NCBI GenBank assembly: GCA_016875735.1
Contig: VGOW01000005.1
Span: 14,506 to 78,505 of the forward strand
Direction of reading: 5' to 3'
From: Chloroflexota bacterium
GTDB lineage: Bacteria; Chloroflexota; Anaerolineae; Anaerolineales; VGOW01
DNA length: 64,000 nt
Shown here in pieces: positions 19,473 to 29,618 of this stretch (the first letter of the stretch is position 1; every line of letters begins with the position of its first letter). A program made the translations under genes and the position numbers. The notes beneath the pieces were generated by a model, which did no database searches, was not told the origin of the DNA, and saw only the letters and a program-made list of their open reading frames with translations.

Positions 19473-20990
19473 TTACGGCGTCAATGCACGCTCCCCAATC
19501 TCCGCCTTCCGCTTCGCCGCGAACTCTCGCATCGCTTCGCACACTCCTTCATCCAACTTCGGTTCCTCATAATTTCGCAAGGCTTCTATCCATTTCGCGT
19601 GCGCTCTCTTCGCCGCATCCAAACTTCCGGCCTCGACCCAGTTGGCATATTGTAACCGAGTGCTGACGATTGGATTGTAAAACGCCGTGCTGTAGCGCGA
19701 GAGGGTGTGCTCGGTATCGAAGTGGTGGCCGCCCGGCCCAACTTGATTGATGAAAGGCAGAGCCAGCGATTCGTCGCTCACTTCACAGCCGTGCAGCAGC
19801 GCCTCCATCATCGCCAAACACTCCACGTCAATGATGAACTTTTCGTAACTCGTCGTCAGCCCGCCCTCGGCCCAGCCCGCGCCCTGATACACAAAATTCG
19901 TGCGCGCCAGAATCGCCGGCCACAGCGACATCATCGTTTCGTAGGCGGCCTGCGCGTCGGGCACGTTCGATGATGATAACGAGCCGTTGCCGCGAAAGGG
20001 TAGTTTGTAGTGGCGGGCCAACTGCCCGGCGGCCAATGTTGCCCACGCGCCCTCCGGCGTGCCGAAACTCGGGCTGCCGCTCCGCATGTGCGCATCCACC
20101 GTGAAGTTGCCGTACAGCACTGGCGCGCCGGGATTGATCAATTGGGTGAGCGCGATTCCCACCAACGCTTCGGCGTTCTGCTGGGCAATCGCTCCGGCAA
20201 TGGTGATCGGCCCCATCGCTCCGGCGGCAATGAATGGCGTGATGGCGCACGGCTGGCCCGCTCGCGCATAAGTGATGAGCCCGCCCAGCATCCAATCGTC
20301 GTATCGCAGAGGCGAATTGACGTTGATGATGCCGATCAGCACGGGCTTGTTCTGCGCCGCCTCCAACCCACCGAAGGCTGTGGCAACCAACTCAATGCAA
20401 TCGTTTGCCACCGTCCGTCCGCGCGAGTGGCCCATGATCGTTTTGTCGGTGAGGCGAAAGGCGGCGAAGGTGGAATCGAGATGGCGGGTGTGGGCCGGAA
20501 GATCGGTCGGCTCCACCAGTGTGTCCGATCCGTGATGCAGAATGTTGAAGCAGTGAACGAGTTTGAGCAGTTCTTCGAGATCGGCCAGCGTTCCGGGTCG
20601 GCGGCCGCGCTCGTAGTTGGTGCTGTAGGCCTGCCCGCCCACCGGGCCGAAGACGATGTGATCGCCGCCGATGACGACGGACTTGGCCGGGTTCCGCGCG
20701 TGAAGGGTGAACGAGGAGGGGGCCTTGGAGACGGCGCCCATCAGAAAGTCACGGTCGGGCCAAACCCGACGCGCCCCGACATCCACTTTCGCTCCGGCTT
20801 TGCGAAAGATTTCCAGCGCCTCGCCGTCCAACAATTCGATCCCCGTGTTCTCCAAAATCTGCATCGAGGCGTTGTGGATGCGGGCGAGGTCGTCGGGCGT
20901 GAGCACGTCGAGCGGCGGCCACGGCGAGCGCAGTTGGCGGAACGGCGCGGTCGTTGCGTCGGAGGTTTCGTTTCTTCGTCGGCGGGACAT
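19473..20990 (-). CDS. MttB family protein 2, non-pyrrolysine
   Basis: INVNSPLRYD, GAMGPITIAG, SGSPSFGTPE, PDAQAAYET. Confidence 0.92.
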   Translation of the reverse strand: MSRRRRNETSDATTAPFRQLRSPWPPLDVLTPDDLARIHNASMQILENTGIELLDGEALEIFRKAGAKVDVGARRVWPDRDFLMGAVSKAPSSFTLHARNPAKSVVIGGDHIVFGPVGGQAYSTNYERGRRPGTLADLEELLKLVHCFNILHHGSDTLVEPTDLPAHTRHLDSTFAAFRLTDKTIMGHSRGRTVANDCIELVATAFGGLEAAQNKPVLIGIINVNSPLRYDDWMLGGLITYARAGQPCAITPFIAAGAMGPITIAGAIAQQNAEALVGIALTQLINPGAPVLYGNFTVDAHMRSGSPSFGTPEGAWATLAAGQLARHYKLPFRGNGSLSSSNVPDAQAAYETMMSLWPAILARTNFVYQGAGWAEGGLTTSYEKFIIDVECLAMMEALLHGCEVSDESLALPFINQVGPGGHHFDTEHTLSRYSTAFYNPIVSTRLQYANWVEAGSLDAAKRAHAKWIEALRNYEEPKLDEGVCEAMREFAAKRKAEIGERALTP

Positions 20991-21133
20991 GTGAGGAAAG
21001 GTGAAAGGGGGCACGCGGGTGACGCTGATGATGCGGATGAACGCTGATTCTTTTTCAAAATCGATCAGCGTCAATCTGCTCAATCCGCGTACACCGCGCT
21101 TGCGTGCTGGTGCAAGTGTCCGCGCACCGACTC

Positions 21134-23605
21134 TCACGCCTTCATTCGCTCGCTCTTCGGATCGAAGAGCGGCTCGGGCTGAACGGTGGCGGCGCGGCGT
21201 TCGCCAAAGTATTCGATCTCAAGAGCCGTTCCCACTTTAGCGTATTCGAGCGGAAGGTAGCTGTAGAGAATGTACTTGCCCACGCTGTAACCGTAATTGG
21301 CGCTGGTCACGTAACCGATGCATGAGCCGTTGGAAAAGATCGGCTCGTAACCAAAAGCCGCGCCGCACGGGTTGTCGAGCGTGAGACAGCAGAGTTTTTT
21401 CTTGACGCCTTTCTCTTTGATCTTCTTCGACGCCTCTTTGCCAATGAAGTCATGGGGCTTGTCGAGCCTCACCACCCAACCGAGTCCGGCTTCGTAGGCG
21501 TTGTGCTCGGTGTGCATGTCGCCGCCCCACAGGCGGTAGCCCTTTTCGAGCCGCAAGGTGTCGAAGGCGGCCATGCCTGCCGAGATCAGATCGAACTCTT
21601 TGCCCGCTTCCCAGATCGCATCCCACACTTGCAAACCCTGATCGAACGGCATGTGCAGTTCCCAGCCGAGTTCGCCCGCGTACGAAATGCGAACCGCCAA
21701 CACTCGGGCCGCGCCGATTTCGATCCATTGGCAAGAGTAAAACGGAAAGGCTTCATTGCTGAGATCAGTCTCGATGACTTTGCCGAGAATCTTGCGCGCG
21801 TTGGGGCCCCACAACCCGAGCGCCGACCACGACTCGGACACGTCAGTGATGGCGACCGATCCATCAGTGGGGGCGTGGCTCCGCACCCAAACCAAATCCT
21901 GCGGGCGGGTGCCGTCACCGATCATGAGCCAGAATCTGTCGTCGGCCAGACGGGCAACGGCCAAGTCGCGGCGCACGCCGCCCTTTTTGTCGAGCCACAG
22001 CGTGTACACCACCGAGCCGACGGGTTTATCTATTTCGTTGGTGCAGAGATAGTTGACGAACTTGAGTGCGCCGCGCCCGCTCACTTCGATGAGCGAGAGG
22101 CCGGTGAGATCGAACAGCCCGGCGCTCTCGCGCGTGGCGAGGTGTTCGGCCCCGGCAATGGCCGACCAGTATTCGGCGGCCCAGCCGGATCGCGCCGGGA
22201 TGCGGTCGTCGTATTTTTCCAACAGCCGCGCGTTCTCTTCATTCCAGTTCGGCACTTCGATTCCGGCGAAGGCGGTGAAGTTAGCCTTGAGGTCTTTGTG
22301 GCGCGGGTGAAACGGCGTGAAGCGAATGTTGCGCGGCTCGCTGAGCGGCTGGCGTGGATGAACGATCTCGTAAATCTCGCGGTAGTTTTTCAGGCTGATG
22401 CGATCCATGAAACTCTTTGTGGTCACATGAGTCTGGAAGCGATGCAGATGCGCTTGCCGCACGTCCCACTCGGTTTCGCCGTGCGTCATCCACTCGACGG
22501 CGGTCTTGGCTACGCCGGGCGCGTGCGTGAGCCACGAGGCCGTTGCCACCCACAATCCTTTGATGTGCGACTCGCCGATGATCGGCATCCCATCCACCGA
22601 AAAGGCAAACATGCCGTTGAACGATTTGGCGAACGTGCTCACATCTTTGGCGGCGGGGGCGAGTTTGCCGAAATGCTCCCACGGCCCGGCGAAGTCTTCG
22701 GGCGTGAACGGGCGCATGGCGCTCTTCTTCACGTCGCGCGAATACACCATGTGAGGCCGATGCCAATAACTGCCCACGCCCAAACTGTCCCAATGGAAGC
22801 GGCAGTACATCGTGTGGTCAACGTCGCGGAAACCGACGTGATGCACTTCGTCTTCGACGCGGTGATCGCTGTACTGCGCGAGTTCGGGCAGAGGGGCGGT
22901 GATGGCGTATTGATGCTCGAAGGCGACCAGCGGAATTTGGATGCCGAGTTTTTCGCAGAGCGCGGGCGACCAAATGTTGGCGCACACGAGGGCGGCTTCA
23001 CATTCGATGCGCGGCAGGGCAGAGTTGTTGGTGAGGAGGGCGGCGATGCGGCCCTCTTTCACCTCGAAATCGGTGACGGCGGTGTGGCCGACCGCCTCGA
23101 CACTGCTCATGGCTTGCGCCTCGCGCACCAGCGCCGCCGACACATGCCAGCCGGCCACGATGGCTCCTTTGGGGATGAAGATGCCGCCGAAGATTTCTTT
23201 GGGGTTGATCAGCGGCGACTTGGCTTTCACTTCATTGGGCGAAAGCAAATGCGACTCCACGCCGTACGATTTTGATTCACCGTGCAGGCGTTTGAGGTCG
23301 TTCCACCGTCGCTCGCTGGTGGCCACGTCGAGGCCGCCCACGCCATTGTACAGCCTGCGGTCGGGTGACCACGGCTTGAGTCCGGCCATGAGATCGGCCC
23401 CGTACACGGCCATTTGGGTGAGCAGCTTGGAATGGCTGAGAGCGACGACGCCGCCGGGCGCGTGCGAGGTCGAGCCGTCGTTTTCCCAGAGTTCGCCTTT
23501 GTCGATCAGCAAAATATCTTTCCAGCCGAGTTTGGCGAAGTGGTACACGGCGGCGGCCCCGACAATTCCGGAACCGATGACGACGACGCGATATGTTTTG
23601 CTCAT
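21134..23605 (-). CDS. GcvT-family FAD-dependent oxidoreductase (dimethylglycine/sarcosine dehydrogenase-like)
   Basis: IGSGIVG FAD motif, GSTSHAPG, C-terminal GcvT domain (RISYAGELGWE, LRLEKGYRLWG). Confidence 0.92.
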   Translation of the reverse strand: MSKTYRVVVIGSGIVGAAAVYHFAKLGWKDILLIDKGELWENDGSTSHAPGGVVALSHSKLLTQMAVYGADLMAGLKPWSPDRRLYNGVGGLDVATSERRWNDLKRLHGESKSYGVESHLLSPNEVKAKSPLINPKEIFGGIFIPKGAIVAGWHVSAALVREAQAMSSVEAVGHTAVTDFEVKEGRIAALLTNNSALPRIECEAALVCANIWSPALCEKLGIQIPLVAFEHQYAITAPLPELAQYSDHRVEDEVHHVGFRDVDHTMYCRFHWDSLGVGSYWHRPHMVYSRDVKKSAMRPFTPEDFAGPWEHFGKLAPAAKDVSTFAKSFNGMFAFSVDGMPIIGESHIKGLWVATASWLTHAPGVAKTAVEWMTHGETEWDVRQAHLHRFQTHVTTKSFMDRISLKNYREIYEIVHPRQPLSEPRNIRFTPFHPRHKDLKANFTAFAGIEVPNWNEENARLLEKYDDRIPARSGWAAEYWSAIAGAEHLATRESAGLFDLTGLSLIEVSGRGALKFVNYLCTNEIDKPVGSVVYTLWLDKKGGVRRDLAVARLADDRFWLMIGDGTRPQDLVWVRSHAPTDGSVAITDVSESWSALGLWGPNARKILGKVIETDLSNEAFPFYSCQWIEIGAARVLAVRISYAGELGWELHMPFDQGLQVWDAIWEAGKEFDLISAGMAAFDTLRLEKGYRLWGGDMHTEHNAYEAGLGWVVRLDKPHDFIGKEASKKIKEKGVKKKLCCLTLDNPCGAAFGYEPIFSNGSCIGYVTSANYGYSVGKYILYSYLPLEYAKVGTALEIEYFGERRAATVQPEPLFDPKSERMKA

Positions 23606-23613
23606 GGCGTTTC

Positions 23614-24795
23614 TCACTTCGTTATGGTGTTCGCGAAGGCGAGCGGATAGTTCGGGTCGGTGACGGCCGGGCGATTGATGCGGAAGGCGGAGAGGTCGTG
23701 AGTCGCGCGGCCATCGAGCGCGAGTTCGCTCAGAATCTTTCCGGCCAGCGAGGCAAACTTGTAGGCGTGCCCCGCGCCGACGAAGACCGAAATTTGTGGA
23801 TGACCCGGCAAGGCATCGAGGATGAAGTTTCGGTCACGCGGCATGTCGTATTGGCAGGTTTTGGTGAAGAGGATTGGACCGAGAAAGCCTGGGCAATACC
23901 TGCGGAGAAATTGCCCGGAGCGCAACTCGCGTTTGGGATCGGGCAAATAGTCGCGCCTATCGGGATCGACGATTGGCCCGGCGGCGTCCATGCCAAGCTT
24001 GGTCGCCACTTCGCCGTACACCGGGAAGCCGTAGGCGTACGGATCGCCCTCCCACATGAACGTGGGGAAGCGTTCCATTGAAAACTCTTTGAGGTTGGGC
24101 GTAGCGTAATACGTCACTTGCTCTTGCGTTACAGCGATGCCAAGATTGAGGCCGAGGCTGGCGAGCACTTTGTCCGTCCACCCGCCCGCCGTGAGAATGA
24201 GATGCCCGCACGAAAACGCTCCCTGCGCGGTGACGACTTCCGCGCCGGAGCCGGAGGAACGGATGGCGATGACGGGGCAATGGTCGAGAATCGTCGCCCC
24301 GCGCGATCTGGCCAGCCCGATGTGCGCGGCGTTGCCTTTGGCCGCGTCTACCAAGCCCATGTCGGCCTGATACAACACGTCCACTTCTTCATCGAAGCGC
24401 CACTGCGGATAGCGTTTCATGGTTTCGTCGGCGGTGAGGCGCTCGAAGGGGATTCGGCAACGAGTCATCGAGGCGGCGCAGTCTTCAATGTACTGTTGGT
24501 GTGGGCCGTTGCGCAAAGCCATCGCGAGGCCGCCGGTCTTGTGCACAAGTTTGAGTCCCGACTCGGCCTCGACGGTTGCCCAAGCCGTGTATGAGTGCGG
24601 GGTGAGGCGCGTGTACTCGTCGCTTTCGTAAGTGAGGCGGATGATGCGCGAGTGATCTTGCGAGCCGCCTTTGCTGTGGCCGATCTCGAATTGCTCGACG
24701 CCGAGCACGCCCCGGCTCCGGCGCGAGAGCCAATAGAGCGCGGCGCTGCCGATGCCGCCGCAACCGAGAACGATGATGTCGTAATGAGTCTGCAT
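23614..24795 (-). CDS. solA: Monomeric sarcosine oxidase / N-methyltryptophan oxidase family
   Basis: LGCGGIGS, GGSQDHSRIIR, TCQY, GHAYKFA. Confidence 0.85.
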   Translation of the reverse strand: MQTHYDIIVLGCGGIGSAALYWLSRRSRGVLGVEQFEIGHSKGGSQDHSRIIRLTYESDEYTRLTPHSYTAWATVEAESGLKLVHKTGGLAMALRNGPHQQYIEDCAASMTRCRIPFERLTADETMKRYPQWRFDEEVDVLYQADMGLVDAAKGNAAHIGLARSRGATILDHCPVIAIRSSGSGAEVVTAQGAFSCGHLILTAGGWTDKVLASLGLNLGIAVTQEQVTYYATPNLKEFSMERFPTFMWEGDPYAYGFPVYGEVATKLGMDAAGPIVDPDRRDYLPDPKRELRSGQFLRRYCPGFLGPILFTKTCQYDMPRDRNFILDALPGHPQISVFVGAGHAYKFASLAGKILSELALDGRATHDLSAFRINRPAVTDPNYPLAFANTITK

Positions 24796-24906
24796 GAGGG
24801 ATTACCGAACTATACCCGAAGTGCGCAAACAAAGGCTACAGGCTGGAGGACAAGATCGCGTTGCCGCGCTTATGCCTGAAGCACAACGGGGCGATACAAT
24901 TTTGGC

Positions 24907-25320
24907 GTGAAAGGGATGACGGGCAATCGGTGGGGGTTGGCTCTGGGCTTGATCGGGTGGGGGGTCGTTACCGTTGCCGCGCTCGGGCTGGTTCTTTTCG
25001 TCTCGTGGTATCGCCAGTCTGCCGATTATCCGGGAGCGATGCTGGTGGCCGATCACACGATCTACAAATTCAGCCCGCACCTCTCGGTGCGGCGCGACAC
25101 CTCGTACCGTTCTGGCGACGAGTTTCCCCGCATCTACAATTGGTATTCCAACGGGTTCAATCTCGGCACAGAAGCGCGCGACCAGGGCGGCTGTGTTCTG
25201 CTGGCAAAGTCGTTCACCGACCTCTCGGTGATCGAGCGGCAGATGAGTGTGATGATCTGCGAGACGCCCAACGGGCGGATGATCTTTCTGATGCGCTCTG
25301 TGTCGTTACGCTTTCGGTAG
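24907..25320 (+). CDS. Hypothetical protein with an N-terminal TM helix
   Basis: 137 aa ORF filling the gap between solA and the CBS gene, TACAAT box 6 nt upstream. Confidence 0.65.
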   Translation: MKGMTGNRWGLALGLIGWGVVTVAALGLVLFVSWYRQSADYPGAMLVADHTIYKFSPHLSVRRDTSYRSGDEFPRIYNWYSNGFNLGTEARDQGGCVLLAKSFTDLSVIERQMSVMICETPNGRMIFLMRSVSLRFR

Positions 25321-25974
25321 CCCCGTCTCCCGAATATCGATCACTTCCTGCTCTTCGATTTCTTTCAAGGCCAACAGCAGTTCGCCTTGAGTGCAGTGCC
25401 GCACTTTGAGGATGATGTCCCACGCATCGGTGCGTTTGGGTGTTCGCACACTGCCCATGGCCATCACGCCCCAGCCCCGATCCGAAATGGCGCGAATGAG
25501 TCGGCGATATTCGCCCAGCCGGTCGGGCACGCGCATCACCACCCGCCATCCGTGATCCTGCGCGCCCAGCAGTTCCTGCAATTGAATCAGCAGATCGGTT
25601 TCGGTGATGATGCCGACGACGATGCCCTCTTCGACGACGGGCAGGCCGCCAATCTTGTGTTCGATCATCACATCGGCGGCCTCTTCCAACGTGGCTTCGG
25701 GGCCGATGGTGTGCAGGTCTTTGCCGGTGATCATCACTTTGCTCACGGTCATGTCGGAGAGGTGGCGGGCGATCTCCCACACATCCAAACTGGCGAGCGT
25801 TTCGGGCGGCAGGGCAAGGCGCTGGCGTGTGACCAACCCGATGAGCCGTTTGCCGCTGCCCACCACTGGCACGTGGCGAATGTTGTTCTCCACCATCAAC
25901 TTCTGCGCGTCGATCACTCGCATGGTGGCTTCGGTCATGATCGGATGGCGGGTCATATAGTCTTTGACAAACAT
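25306..25974 (-). CDS. CBS pair + ACT domain protein (AcuB-like)
   Basis: VKDYMT, IRHVPVV, IGGLPVV...GIITETD, VPDRLGE. Confidence 0.88.
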   Translation of the reverse strand: MFVKDYMTRHPIMTEATMRVIDAQKLMVENNIRHVPVVGSGKRLIGLVTRQRLALPPETLASLDVWEIARHLSDMTVSKVMITGKDLHTIGPEATLEEAADVMIEHKIGGLPVVEEGIVVGIITETDLLIQLQELLGAQDHGWRVVMRVPDRLGEYRRLIRAISDRGWGVMAMGSVRTPKRTDAWDIILKVRHCTQGELLLALKEIEEQEVIDIRETGLPKA

Positions 25975-25980
25975 GGCGTC

Positions 25981-26050
25981 GAATGATGAATTATGAATTA
26001 TGAAGGATGAATGGCCTGCACTTTCACCCTTCCGCCTTCATCCTTCACCC
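25981..26050. repeat. Heptamer repeat array with inverted second half (GAATTAT/GAAGGAT ... TTCATCC)
   Basis: GAATGAT GAATTAT GAATTAT GAAGGAT GAA ... TTCACCC TTCCGCC TTCATCC TTCACCC. Confidence 0.75.
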
Positions 26051-28165
26051 TTTGGCAGCGGGGATGTTGACCACCGGCTCGAGCGCGCGCAGCTGCGCCA
26101 ATGGGATGTGGCAAAAGATTCGGTGGCCGCCGCCGTCGTCCTGCCACGGGGGGGACTCCGCCTCGCACACTTTGCCGCCATCGGGCAACAGCGACCGGCG
26201 CGGGCAACGAGTGTGGAATCGGCAGCCGCTCGGCGGGTGCAGGGGGCTGGGCACCGAGCCTTCGAGGCGAATGTGTTTCTGCTCGGCGTCGGGATCGGGA
26301 ATGGGGACGGCGGCCAACAGCGATTCGGTGTATGGATGATACGGCGGGGCGTAGATCGCTTCGGCGGGGCCGATCTCCACCACTTGCCCCAAATACATCA
26401 CGGCCACAAAATCGGAGATGAAGCGCACGACGCTGAGATCGTGCGAGATGAAAATCATCGTCGTGTTGTGTTCGCGCTGAATCTCCAACAGCAGATTGAG
26501 CACGGCGGCCTGCACCGACACGTCGAGCGCCGACACCGGCTCATCGCACAGCACGAGGTCGGGGTGGCCGGCGAAGGCGCGGGCGATGCCCACGCGCTGT
26601 TTCTCGCCGCCGCTCAATTGGCGCGGGAAGCGATCGTAATAGTGCTCGTCGAGTTTCACCGATTGCAGAATGCGCACCGCCTCGTCGTGTATTTTGTCGG
26701 CGGGGACGATGCGGAAGCGGCGCAGGGGGCGCTCGAGCTGCTGGCCCACGGTGTAACTGGGGTTCATCGTCGCATCGGGATTCTGAAAGACCATTTGCAG
26801 TTCGCGGATGAGCGACAGATCGCGCTGGTTGACTTTGCGGTTGATGTCGAAGCCCATGAACTGCGCTTTGCCGCCGCTCATCTCTTCGAGGCCGATGATG
26901 GTTTTGATGAGCGTGCTTTTGCCGCAGCCGCTTTCGCCGACGACGCCGAGCGTTTTGCCTTTGGGCACGACGAAGTCCACTCCGTCCACGGCTTTGACAA
27001 ACTCTTTCTTCCCCAACCCGATCATGCTGAGCGGCGACGAATCGGGATGGCGGTAATAGGTTTTCAATTCGGAGACGTTGAGGATGTCGTTGGATGTTTC
27101 GCTGGCGGTTGACGGCTGAGAGCGGATCGCCGATTGCAGTTCCGGTGACGGCGCCCACACGGCGGGGTCGATCTCTTCGGAGAAGAGACAGCGCGTGAAA
27201 TGAGTGTCGGCAAGGCTGCGGAGGCCGGGCCTCTCGCGGCGGCAGGCTTCGCGGGCGTAATCGCATCGCGGCTCGAACACGCACCCCGGCGGAAGATGAT
27301 TCGGCGGCGGCACGCGCCCGCGGATCGGAAAGAGGGCGCTGGAGGATTTGCTGCGGCCCAGTTTGGGCAGGCAGCGGATGAGCCCCTGTGTGTAGGGGTG
27401 ACGCGGGTTGGCGAAAATTTCGGCGACGGGCGCGAGCTCGATGACTTCGCCAGCATACATGACGGCGACGCGATTGGCGACGCGGGCGATGACGCCGAGG
27501 TTGTGGCTGATGAACAGGATGGCTGTGTCGAAGTCGCGGCGCAGGTCGGCGACGAGGTCGAGCGCGGCGGCTTCCACCGTCACGTCGAGGGCGGTGGTGG
27601 GTTCGTCCATCACCAGCAAAGCCGGGTCGTTGAGCAGGGCCATGGCGATCACCACGCGCTGTTGTTGCCCGCCGCTGATCTGGTGCGGGTAACGTTCCAT
27701 CACTTTTTCGGGGTCGGGCATGTACACGCGCTTGAGCATGTCGATACAGCGCTTGCGCGCCTCGCCTTCGCTCACGCCGCGATGCACGGTGAGCACTTCG
27801 GTCATCTGCTCGCCGATACGCAGGACGGGGTTGAGCGAGGTCATCGGGTCTTGATAGACCATGCTGATCTGATCGCCGCGCAGTCGGCGCAGCTCTTCTT
27901 CTGCCTTACCCACGAGCGATTGGCCCTGAAAGTAAATGTCGCCTTTGGCAATCTTGCCGTTGCGCCCGAGATAGTTGACCATGCCGTAGGCGAGGGTGCT
28001 TTTGCCGCAGCCGCTTTCGCCGACGACGCCGAGCGTTTCGCCGCGATAGATTTCAAACGACACGTCGCGCACAGCGTTGACATCGCCGCCACGAGTCTCG
28101 TAGGCGATGGACAGGTTTTCGACGCGGACAACGGGGGAGGAGGGCTTGGCAGTGAGTGGGGGCAT
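26045..28165 (-). CDS. Fused DppD-DppF oligopeptide/nickel-family ABC ATPase
   Basis: Two GESGCGKS motifs, two SGG(Q/E) signatures, two HPYT...GC.F..RC tails. Confidence 0.93.
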   Translation of the reverse strand: MPPLTAKPSSPVVRVENLSIAYETRGGDVNAVRDVSFEIYRGETLGVVGESGCGKSTLAYGMVNYLGRNGKIAKGDIYFQGQSLVGKAEEELRRLRGDQISMVYQDPMTSLNPVLRIGEQMTEVLTVHRGVSEGEARKRCIDMLKRVYMPDPEKVMERYPHQISGGQQQRVVIAMALLNDPALLVMDEPTTALDVTVEAAALDLVADLRRDFDTAILFISHNLGVIARVANRVAVMYAGEVIELAPVAEIFANPRHPYTQGLIRCLPKLGRSKSSSALFPIRGRVPPPNHLPPGCVFEPRCDYAREACRRERPGLRSLADTHFTRCLFSEEIDPAVWAPSPELQSAIRSQPSTASETSNDILNVSELKTYYRHPDSSPLSMIGLGKKEFVKAVDGVDFVVPKGKTLGVVGESGCGKSTLIKTIIGLEEMSGGKAQFMGFDINRKVNQRDLSLIRELQMVFQNPDATMNPSYTVGQQLERPLRRFRIVPADKIHDEAVRILQSVKLDEHYYDRFPRQLSGGEKQRVGIARAFAGHPDLVLCDEPVSALDVSVQAAVLNLLLEIQREHNTTMIFISHDLSVVRFISDFVAVMYLGQVVEIGPAEAIYAPPYHPYTESLLAAVPIPDPDAEQKHIRLEGSVPSPLHPPSGCRFHTRCPRRSLLPDGGKVCEAESPPWQDDGGGHRIFCHIPLAQLRALEPVVNIPAAKG

Positions 28166-28224
28166 GGGGGAGTGGGTGGTTAGGTGGTTGGGTGGCTAGG
28201 GGGTTGGGGGTGCGGGCGAGCGAT

Positions 28225-28608
28225 TCATCCGATCAGCTTCTCCTTCTTGAACCGCTCATATCCCTTCTTCGTCAACTGCGCCAGTTCTTTGAATAACGCC
28301 TCGTCCACTGCTCTGAAGTTGAAGCACGACTTGCCCTGCATCCGCTTCTTGAGTTCGGGTGAAATGTCATTGAGTAGATCGGGGAAAGCATACACGGCCA
28401 TGAGGTGATAGGAAGCGTAGGCTTTGCCGGTGCGCACGCCGCCAAACCACACCTCTTTGCCTTGGCTCATTTTGGTGGGCGGGCCGATGAGGACGATGTT
28501 GCCGGCTTTGTCCTCGCTCAGTTTGAGATTGCCCTTGCCGTCGTACTTCTCCATGATGGCTCTCAGTTTCTCGTGCGTGGCGGCGAAGTTGGGGTTGGGT
28601 TTGTTCAT
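28225..28608 (-). CDS. DUF1801/YdhG-like protein
   Basis: GKAYASYHLMAVY, LKKRMQGKSCFNF; ATGA overlap with the permease. Confidence 0.75.
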   Translation of the reverse strand: MNKPNPNFAATHEKLRAIMEKYDGKGNLKLSEDKAGNIVLIGPPTKMSQGKEVWFGGVRTGKAYASYHLMAVYAFPDLLNDISPELKKRMQGKSCFNFRAVDEALFKELAQLTKKGYERFKKEKLIG

Positions 28609-29606
28609 CGATACCTCTGCATCTCCTCCGACAATCCATCGGCCATTAAGTTGAGTCCGACGACGAGCATGGCCGTTGCCGCCGAGCCCCACATCGCATC
28701 CCAAATGTGCCCGGCCTGAATGAATTTGCGCCCCACGCTCACAATGCTTCCCCAGTCGGGCGAGGGCGGGGGGAGGCCGAGCCCGAGGAAGCCGAGCGTG
28801 CCGATGGCGAACACGGCGTAGCCCACGCGGAGCATGGCGTCGATGATGATCGGGCCGCGCGCGTTGGGCAGGATTTCCACGAACATGATGTACCACGGGC
28901 TTTCGCCGCGAGTCTCAGCGGCGGCCACGTAATCGCGGGTTTTGATGTCGAGGGTGAGTCCGCGCACGAGCCGGGCGATGCCCGGCGCTCCGGCAATGGT
29001 GATGGCCAGCACCACGTTCACCGCCGAGGGGCCGAGCGCGGCGATGATCACCAAGTACAACAATATCTGCGGGAAAGCGATCATCGAATCGAGCACGCGG
29101 CTGATGATCTCATCCACCGTGCCGCCGTAATACCCGGCGATGAGTCCGAACGTGCCGCCGACGATGAGGGCGATGATCACGCCGATGGGCGCGAGGGTGA
29201 GAATGATGCGCGCGCCGTGAGCCAGCCGCGCCCAAAGGTCGCGCCCGAATCGGTCGGTACCCAGCCAGTGCTTGGCCGAGGGGCCTTTGAGGTTGTCGCC
29301 GCGAAACTGCTCGAAGGGCGAGTAGCGAGCCAGCCACGGATTGGCCTCGAAAACCTTATCGGCTCCTTCGGTTTCCGTGATGTCTTTGAATTGAAAGGCG
29401 TTGGAGACTTGTTTGGCGGTGTCGGCCCAACAGCCAGTGTTGATGATGCAGTCGTCGGCGAAGGTGGCGACGATCGCCCAGAATAGCACCAGCACGAGTC
29501 CAACCATCGCCACTTTGGATTTGGTGAGGATGGCCAACCCGGCGGCAAGTCGCGTCCAGAGCGAAGGGCGGGGTGCGGGTCGAACGGCGGGAGTGGCAAC
29601 AGCCAT
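28605..29606 (-). CDS. ABC permease, DppC-like
   Basis: HWLGTDRFGRD, DYVAAAETRGES, LGFLGLGLPPPSPDWG. Confidence 0.93.
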   Translation of the reverse strand: MAVATPAVRPAPRPSLWTRLAAGLAILTKSKVAMVGLVLVLFWAIVATFADDCIINTGCWADTAKQVSNAFQFKDITETEGADKVFEANPWLARYSPFEQFRGDNLKGPSAKHWLGTDRFGRDLWARLAHGARIILTLAPIGVIIALIVGGTFGLIAGYYGGTVDEIISRVLDSMIAFPQILLYLVIIAALGPSAVNVVLAITIAGAPGIARLVRGLTLDIKTRDYVAAAETRGESPWYIMFVEILPNARGPIIIDAMLRVGYAVFAIGTLGFLGLGLPPPSPDWGSIVSVGRKFIQAGHIWDAMWGSAATAMLVVGLNLMADGLSEEMQRYR

Positions 29607-29618
29607 AACGAGTCCTCG